Shown: piece after piece, positions 56,273 through 64,000 of the stretch | How the letters are laid out: each line of letters starts with the position of its first letter | Numbering within the stretch: position 1 is the first letter of the stretch | From: Eledone cirrhosa | Lineage: Eukaryota | Direction: 5' to 3' | Assembly (NCBI GenBank): GCA_964016885.1 | Contig: OZ024754.1 | Coordinates: 30,814,001-30,878,000, forward strand | Length of the DNA stretch: 64,000 nt | Program-made: the position numbers and the translations under genes | Notes under the pieces: generated by a model | The model's input: only the letters and a program-made list of their open reading frames with translations | Told to the model about the DNA's origin: nothing | Databases searched by the model: none

Positions 56273-56356
56273 ATAAATCTATGTATACATGTGTATATAT
56301 ATATATAAATATATGTATGTATATATGCTCATGTCTGACTCACATCTCCCCTGTAG

Positions 56357-56874
56357 GATGCTCTACTGCTCTTCGGTTGCGTACACCATGAAGAAAGTAT
56401 GGCAGGATAACAAAGAATGTGATTGAAAGAGCCAGACAGCTGAAGGACACGTCAAAACAGGAACAACACCACCAATATTTCAAGAGTAGAAGGCATAGCA
56501 AGCAGTTGTTCAATTTAACAATATTACTGATGGAACAGAATTGAAGATATGGAGAAGAAAGTTACTCATTACTACCAGGAGAAATGAGAAGAAAGCCATA
56601 CATGAAGGAGTTATACCTAACCTTTCGTAACGAAACATTGACACATCTTGTCTGTGACCAAGCATTAGGATGTACAACAGTATATCAAATTGGGATGGAT
56701 AGTAGTTATCTACAGAGCCATATGTGAAGAAATTATAGCTGGCCTCTCTTACCAAACATTTACCATCAGTCCTGTCTGTGATGGAGTCTATACATCAACG
56801 ATTAGGATGTACAGTATGTGGAAGGATCCATAATTTATGGAGAAGATGGACGCCATTGGATTCAATGGACAAAA
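56357..56874 (+). other. Candidate non-coding exon
   Basis: CTGAC branch-like motif, then CTCCCCTGTAG acceptor (56356) and AA|GTAAGC donor (56875). Unique sequence with no continuous ORF. Confidence 0.35.
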
Positions 56875-57032
56875 GTAAGCAAACACGTTTCTATCTATCT
56901 ATATGTCTTTCTGTCTCACTTTATGTATGTGTATTTATACACACGCACATGCGCGCGCACGCACATACACACACACACACATAAGCGGAAACCACATGCA
57001 TTAATTTCAACCCACGAAGAGTTAAAATTAAT

Positions 57033-57137
57033 TGTTTCTACTTTAGGCACAAGGCCAGCAATTACCCAGTGCATTACTGGTACTTTGTTTTATCGACCCC
57101 GTAAGGATGAAAGGCAAAGTCAACCTCGGCGGGATTT
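57033..57137 (-). mobile_element. SINE family 2, 5'-truncated
   Basis: 17-bp TSD GAAGAGTTAAAATTAAT at 57016-57032 and 57138-57154. Confidence 0.85.
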
Positions 57138-57517
57138 GAAGAGTTAAAATTAATGCAAGCAAGATTTCACAGCACTAGCATCAATCTTTCATAGTCAGCC
57201 TATGGACTTTTCAGCCAACCCTCTTACATCTGTAGACAGAAAGAAGTTTTCACTCAAAAGAGAATTTCAGTAAAATAATTTTTTAAATAACTTTGCTTTA
57301 AAAAAATTGGGGATAGTCATTTAAAGTATGTTTTCATTAGCTATGGCAATTATCTGTTCTGAACTCGTTAAAGTAATTTTTGGCAATGTGGTTTACATTT
57401 TCAATGAATTATCCACTTAAATAAACAAATGTTTTGCAGCTTCTATTTTTCCTTTTTATTTTATTTTTCACCTTTCCTAAGCCAGTAGAGTGTCTCTGTG
57501 TGTGTCAAACTAATAAT

Positions 57518-57705
57518 TGTTTCTACTTTTGGCACAAGGCCAGCAATTACCCAGTGTATTACTGGTACTTTATTTTATCGACCCTGTAAGGATGGAAGGC
57601 AAAGTTAACCTCGGCGGGATTTGAACTCAGACCATAAAGGACTGTAACTCTATGCTGCAGAGCATGGTGTCTGACCCTCTACCGATACTGCCAATCCACC
57701 ACCCT
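57518..57705 (-). mobile_element. SINE family 2, full length
   Basis: 15-bp TSD TGTCAAACTAATAAT at 57503-57517 and 57706-57720. A and B boxes present. Confidence 0.9.
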
Positions 57706-57947
57706 TGTCAAACTAATAATGGATAGTATCATTGAGCTCTGAGGTCAAATCCTACAAAAGTCATCTTTGTCATTCATTATTTTGAAGTTGAAGAGCAGTG
57801 AATTGGTAGGAAGGTCTAGGGGCTGTGGGGTGTACCTTGGATTAAGAGGGGCCAACTGAGTTCAGGTTTAAGTTTGTATGCAAGGGAAGGCAGGGCAGGT
57901 CTTCTGTATTACTGCAAAACACCAAAGATCTCGATCCTGTAACATTC

Positions 57948-58850
57948 TCGTAGTAGAAGTGGTGGTTGTGGTGGTGCTGGTAGTAGTAGAAGTGGTGGTT
58001 GTGGTGGTGGTGCTGGTGGTAGTAGAGGTGGTGCTGGTGATAGTAGTGGTGGTGGTTGTGTTGGTGCTGGTGATAGTAGTGGTGGTGGTTGTGGTGCTGC
58101 TGGTGGTAGTAGAGGTGGTGTTGGTGATAGTAGTGGTGGTGGTTGTGGTGGTGCTCGTGGTAGTAGAGGTGGTGCTGGTGATAGTAATGGTTGGTGGTGG
58201 TTGTAGAGGTGGTGTTGGTGGTAGTAGAGGTGGTGCTGGTGGTAGTAGAAGTGGTGATGGTAGTTATGGTAGTGGTGCTGGTGGTAGTAGAGGTGGTGGT
58301 TGTGGTGGTGCTCGTGGTAGTAGCGGTGGTGCTGGTGATAGTAATGGTTGGTGGTGGTTGTAGAGGTGGTGTTGGTGGTAGTAGAGGTGGTGCTGGTGGT
58401 AGTAGAAGTGGTGGTTGTGGTGGTGCTGGTAGTAGTAGAAGTGGTGGTTGTGGTGGTGCTGGTGGTAGTAGAGGTGGTGCTGGTGATAGTAGTGGTGGTG
58501 GTTGTGGTGGTGCTGGTGATAGTAGTGGTGGTGGTTGTGGTGCTGCTGGTGGTAGTAAAGGTGGTGGTGCTGGTGATAATAGAGGTGGTGGTTGTGGTGG
58601 TGCTGGTGGTAATAGAGGTGGTGCTGGTGGTAGTAGAAGTGGTGATGGTAGTTATGGTGGTGGTGCTGGTGGTAGTAGAGGTGGTGGTTGTGGTGGTGCT
58701 GGTGGTAGTAGAGGTGGTGCTGGTGATAGTAGTGGTGGTGGTTGTGGTGGTGCTGGCGGTAGTAGAGGTGGTGGTTGTGGTGGTGCTGGTGGTAGTAGAG
58801 GTGGTGGTTGTGGTGGTGCTGGTGGTAGTAGAGGTGGTGGTTGTGGTGTG
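57948..58850. repeat. GTG/GTA-rich trinucleotide-based minisatellite
   Basis: Recurrent GGTAGTAGAGGTGGT motif. Confidence 0.9.
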
Positions 58851-59003
58851 CAGTTCAGCTTTTATCACCTCATCCTCAGTCTTGCTGGATATTCCTCCAT
58901 ATGCAAAAATAAAGAATCTACCTTAAGACAGACACACACACACACACACATATATATACATATATATATATGTATACATACATATGTATATCTGTAGACA
59001 CAC

Positions 59004-59034
<31 letters not shown>

Positions 59035-59117
59035 CGTTATTCCGGGTTGAATTGGAGGTAACCACAGCAAGTAAGGTACTCAATACATAGCAGAGTATAA
59101 AAGTTTTAATATAGATG

Positions 59118-59168
59118 AGATTCTACAAGACTAGAACTGTTTCATTCTTTAGAAATCATCAGGAATCT
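59118..59168 (-). ncRNA. Type I hammerhead ribozyme motif (antisense twin)
   Basis: Reverse complement of 59185-59235 with one change giving a G-U pair in helix III. Confidence 0.75.
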
Positions 59169-59184
59169 GGCCCCATGGTGAGCC

Positions 59185-59235
59185 AGATTCCTGATGATTT
59201 CTAAAGAATGAAACAGTTCTAGTCCTGTAGAATCT
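59185..59235 (+). ncRNA. Type I hammerhead ribozyme motif
   Basis: AGATTC-CTGATGA(59191-59197)-TTTCTAAAGAAT-GAAA-CAG..CTG-TA(59229)-GAATCT. Confidence 0.8.
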
Positions 59236-59308
59236 CATCTATATATATATATTTATATATATATATATAAATATATACACACACATATATATATATATAT
59301 AAATATAT

Positions 59309-59369
<61 letters not shown>

Positions 59370-59402
59370 TGTCAAATGTCAAATGATAATGATTATTATA
59401 TA

Positions 59403-59452
<50 letters not shown>

Positions 59453-59556
59453 TTTTATAGATAATGATATATATGGAAAAAATGAAACAAAATTTCATTT
59501 CTCACTCTTAGTACTTAAATATATATAACACAAACATATACACTCAGACTTGTGTA

Positions 59557-59632
<76 letters not shown>

Positions 59633-59774
59633 AGTGTATATGGATTATACTCTACATATAATTTTGTGCCTCATAGTATGCTAGTTGTTGCTATGATTTA
59701 TAAAATGTCCCAGGCAACCTCGTTGGTATATTGTTGCAGACACACTGCGATACATGTTGTTGTTTCTCCTTGTT

Positions 59775-59819
<45 letters not shown>

Positions 59820-59849
59820 TATATATATAATATATATACATATATGTGC

Positions 59850-59894
<45 letters not shown>

Positions 59895-59895
<1 letters not shown>

Positions 59896-59960
59896 TGGAT
59901 GTCTCCAAAAAATGTATACACACTTCAACAACATTTTATACAAAGTATTAGTGGGACATC

Positions 59961-59963
<3 letters not shown>
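59895..59963. mobile_element. Degenerate Tc1/mariner-type MITE
   Basis: CTGGATGTCTCCAAAAAATGTATACACACTT...GGGACATCCTG. Confidence 0.55.
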
Positions 59964-60044
<81 letters not shown>

Positions 60045-60276
60045 TCATCATCATTATTTTATATATAAAAATATATAAGATATATTTCTTCAGTCTTCAA
60101 CACATAATCATTATCATCAGCATCAACATCATCATTTTATGTCCATCTAACAAGCTAGTGTGTGTCAGACTGGAACCATGTTGAATTGAACACAGTACAT
60201 AATGTGTCATAAGTATATATATATATATATATATACATATATACATATATATATAAACATATATACATATATCTAT

Positions 60277-60363
<87 letters not shown>

Positions 60364-60536
60364 AAAAAACATGGGAAGAAAGAAGAAAACAGCATGGTTG
60401 CACATGGGTTACATATTATAAAATTAGTCCCTCATCAGTGATTTGCCAACCATCATTGGTATTTCATTTCATCGCATTAAAAATATGTATATATATATAT
60501 ATATATGAATACATATATATATATATATATATATAT

Positions 60537-60727
60537 AACGAAAGAAATGTGGTCAGGAACCAGGTGGACCATGACGCACCAAAGTACTCAATACTTAGGG
60601 TAGTAGAGTGGGTAATAGGAACGAGTAGGACCCCGACGGCTGAGCTCAAGCCGTTTCGACGGCTAATTCTAAGAATTAGCTTTCGAAACGGCTTGAGCTC
60701 AGCCGTCGGGGTCCTACTTGTTCCTAT
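60537..60727. mobile_element. (TA)n-flanked family C element folded back at hammerhead helix II
   Basis: Palindrome 60615-60727 centred on GCTAATTC-TAA-GAATTAGC. GAAA-CGGCT..AGCCG-TC-GGGG is the 3' half of a hammerhead. Tail at 60537-60614. Confidence 0.72.
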
Positions 60728-61332
60728 ATATATATATATATATATATACATATATATACATATGTATATATACATATTATGGCTGCCCCCTCATTATGAA
60801 GTATGGCCATTGCATGATATAACATTATTAATAATTATTAATTAATTCTATCGTGCAATGCCTGTGCGTGAAGATATTTTTTTAAAGTGAGGAAAGAGTG
60901 TGCAGGGCACAGTCTTTCCTCACTCAGTGTGCACTGAGCCAATCCCACTCTCTGAGAGACAGTAGCTATAACCCTAAAAGAAGAAAAGATCATCATCATC
61001 GGTAACTACTGAGCCGCAGGTTTTATATCGGAGTTATCCCAGTTTCCTGAGTTGCCTTCTCCTAGAAGAATGCCCTGACAAAGGCTAGGGGTCCTTCACT
61101 CCCAGTGGTTTAACCACGCGATCGGGTGTCCAGCCCAACTATTTCTATGTCCCCGCCCATATACACACACATGCACCCATGTATATATACATATACATAC
61201 ATATGTACATGTGTATATACATATTTACACACTTTTGGATGGCTGTTGACTCTTATGAGTTCTTCCGCCCTTTGTATATATATATATATTTATATACAGA
61301 TTAAAGCAAAGAATCGCTGCTTTCACACACAC

Positions 61333-61383
<51 letters not shown>

Positions 61384-61496
61384 CATATATATTGATCTTT
61401 TACATGTATGTATCGTATACATGTATGCACATATATCCTCCACACACACACACACATAGTCTTAATTACATATTCATGAGTGAGTCCAGTTTATTA

Positions 61497-62490
61497 GGTA
61501 GTGGGGTAGGTGTGGTGGTGTTGGTGGTAGTAGAGGTGGTGATGGTAGGTGTGGTGGTGCTGGTGGTAGGTGTGGTGGTGCTGGTGGTAGTAGAGGTGGT
61601 GATGGTAGGTGTGGTGGTGTTGGTGGTAGTAGAAGTGGTGATGGTGGTAGTAGAGGTGGTGGTAGTTATGGTGGTGGTGGTTCTGGTGGTAGTAGAGGTG
61701 GTGCTGGTAGTGATGGTGGTGGTTCTGGTGGTAGTAGAGGTGGTGCTGGCAGTTATGGTGGTGGTGGTGGTTCTGGTGGTAGTAGAGGTGGTGCTGGTAG
61801 TTATGGTGGTGGTGGTGGTGGTTCTGGTGGTAGTAGAGGTGGTGCTGGTAGTTATGGTGGTGGTGGTGGTTCTGGTGGTAGTAGAGGTGGTGCTGGTAGT
61901 TATGGTGGTGGTGGTGGTTCTGGAGGAAGTAGAGGTGGTGCTGGTAGTAGAGGTGGTGGTGGTGGTTCTGGTGGTAGTAGAGGTGGTGCTGGTAGTTATG
62001 GTGGTGGTGGTGGTTCTGGAGGTAGTAGAGGTGGTGGTGGTAGTTATGGTGGTGGTGGTGGTGCTGGAGGTAGTAGAGGTGGTACTGGTAGTTATGGTGG
62101 TGGTGGTGGTTCTGGTGGTAGTAGAGGTGGTGGTGGTAGTTATGGTGGTGGTGGTGGTGGTTCTGGTGGTAGTAGAGGTGGTGGTGGTAGTTATGGTGGT
62201 GGTGGTGGTTCTGGTGGTAGTAGAGGTGGTGGTGGTAGTTATGGTGGTGGTGGTGGTTTTGGTGGTAGTAGAGGTGGTGGTAGTTATGGTGGTGGTGGTG
62301 GTGGTTCTGGTGGTAGTAGAGGTGGTGCTGGTAGTAGAGGTGGTGGTGGTGGTTCTGGTGGTAGTAGAGGTGGTGGTGGTAGTTATGGTGGTGGTGGTGG
62401 TTTTGGTGGTAGTAGAGGTGGTGGTAGTTATGGTGGTGGTGGTGGTGGTTCTGGAGGTAGTAGAGGTGGTGGTGGTTGTGGTGCTGATGG
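61497..62490. repeat. GTG/GTA-rich minisatellite
   Basis: GGTTCTGGTGGTAGTAGAGGTGGT..GGTAGTTAT units. Confidence 0.9.
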
Positions 62491-62779
62491 TCTATACATA
62501 AGTAGAGAGGCCTCTACTGGTACCAACATGTTTACACATGTATAGACTCATAAAATATACTTAGTCTGTCAAAAAGCTGTAGAACTGCTCTTTATACACC
62601 ATATATACTATAATATATACTATAATATATATACGATATATATATATATATATATATATATTTACATAAATCTATATATAAATATATATATGTATAATTT
62701 ATATTTATATTATATATATATATATAAATTTATATAAATATGTATATATATATGTATATAAATATATATATATATATAA

Positions 62780-62837
<58 letters not shown>

Positions 62838-62840
<3 letters not shown>

Positions 62841-63136
62841 TTCATCATTTCATTTTACGTCCACTTTTCCCTGCTTGCAAGGGTGGGACGGGAACTGATT
62901 CTGGCTTGATTTCTACAGCTGGATGCCCTTCCTAACACCAACCTCATTTACAGTGAGTGCTGGGTGCTTTTTTGCCGTGGCACCTCCAAGAACCACTTTT
63001 GCAGTGGAATGATAGGGACCCCAGTCCCTATCATCTCATGTCTACAGCTGAGTAAACTGGAGCAATGTGAAATAAAGTGTCTTGCTCAAGGAAACAACAC
63101 ATCACCCGGTCTGAGAATTGAACTCACAACCTTTCG
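62838..63136 (-). mobile_element. CORE-like SINE with RTE-type tail
   Basis: Closely matches 9430-9770. Confidence 0.8.
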
Positions 63137-63150
63137 ATATATATATACAT

Positions 63151-63343
63151 ATCATCATCATCATCATCATCATCATACGTCCACTTTTCCCTGCTTGCAA
63201 GGCTAGGTGGGTTCTATTCAGCATCTCTCCACTTGTAACGTTCCTGCGTCATCTCCTCCTGGAGCTTCAGCGATCTGAGATCAGCTCTCACCACCTCCGC
63301 CTGTGTTTCTCGTGGTCTTCTTCTACTGTGTCTTCCTTCTACT
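63151..63343 (-). mobile_element. RTE LINE extreme 3' end
   Basis: VEGRHSRRRPRETQAEVVRADLRSLKLQEEMTQERYKWR, then CCTTGCAAGCAGGGAAAAGTGGACGT(ATG)n, the same tail as the adjacent SINE. Confidence 0.8.
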
Positions 63344-63483
63344 AAATATATATATATATATATATATAGTGGCCAATGTGAACTTCTTTTTCCATCTCTA
63401 AAGATCTTCACACTATTTTATAAGCTGTATTATAACATCACTGTGCATGAGCACACAACTGTTTATATTAGATATATATATAA

Positions 63484-64000
63484 ATAAAAAGGAGATCAAT
63501 ATTGCCACAGGTACTAAGTACCCCTGGAAATATATAGGGTGTCTATGGTACAGTTGTTGTTCTATGGTATCAATTTGACATACCAGAACTATACAATTGA
63601 GATAAGCGGAGCAAGCAAGATTCAAACAATTTTTTTAAATAAATTAAAAAATATAATTTAAATATTTAGCTATTCCTTTTGCTTTTACTGACGGTTTCGC
63701 CTCACAAAAGATTGGAAGTCTGATGGACTTCCAATGGAAATGTTCGGTTCTTCAGTTCTTCAGAAAGCATTTTCCCCTACATAGGACGAAAGTCCCACGA
63801 ACGGCAAAATATATTGCATTCTGCCAGCTAGTGCAGGATTGAATGGGGCCGTAAACTTGACCTACACATGAACTAGCCCTTAGTATAAACAGAAGTAAGC
63901 ATAGACGTGTTGTCTATCACGCCACTAAAAATAGCAGCTAGGTAAAACATCAGATTTTTTCTCTACACATAGGAGAATATATAAAAAGGAGATCAATATT
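63484..64000 (-). mobile_element. Probable 497-bp tandem hammerhead unit (retrozyme- or pLTR-like)
   Basis: ATAAAAAGGAGATCAATATT at 63484-63503 and again at 63981-64000. Internal hammerhead. Ends in (TA)n. Confidence 0.55.
63681..63768 (-). ncRNA. Type I hammerhead ribozyme motif with extended helix II
   Basis: Minus strand: GCTTT-CTGAAGA(A CTGAAGA duplicated)-A CC GA ACA..ATTGGAAGTC catca GACTTCCAAT..TGT GA GG C-GAAA-CCGTCAG-TA-AAAGC. Confidence 0.65.

Larger units (their letters stand above)
59035..59244. mobile_element. (TA)n-flanked fold-back hammerhead element, family B (complete palindrome)
   Basis: Arms 59109-59171 and 59182-59244 (one mismatch seen), 10-nt loop, one-sided tail 59035-59108. 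Confidence 0.82.

Noticed and set aside
57878-62501. Gly/Ser/Arg-rich and poly-Val ORFs
   Set aside because: Trinucleotide-based repeats open in multiple frames, with no splice or domain context.
63715-63796. + strand hammerhead from CTGATGG and GGAC-GAAA-GTCC
   Set aside because: The core is CTGATGG, not CTGANGA, and the GAAA is a tetraloop with no helix I or III partners. The minus-strand fold is the coherent one.

Overview
Animal nuclear DNA, most likely a cephalopod such as Octopus (inferred from the SINE and RTE-tail types and the extreme microsatellite load). I found no intact host protein-coding gene. Every long ORF in the track comes from a stop-poor tandem repeat. About two thirds of the window is micro-, mini- and satellite DNA (4, 7, 19, 29, 31, 32, 48, 57 and 73 bp units). 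The rest is decayed mobile DNA: a mariner, R4/Dong-, RTE- and Tx1/L1-type LINE ends, two tRNA-SINE families, a piggyBac-type MITE and a Tc1/mariner-type MITE. The most striking signal is a set of about a dozen short (TA)n-embedded elements from several sequence-divergent families. They carry type I hammerhead ribozyme cores (CUGANGA...GAAA...NUH, helices folded by eye). Most are fold-back palindromes with a hammerhead on each strand and a 3' tail on one arm only, and that tail holds a recurrent (A/G)CTC...GAG(T/C) stem. A further hammerhead lies in what appears to be a 497-bp tandem, retrozyme-like unit at the right edge. These are best read as Penelope-like element (PLE) termini or non-autonomous derivatives. 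Two candidate non-coding exons lie on the + strand.
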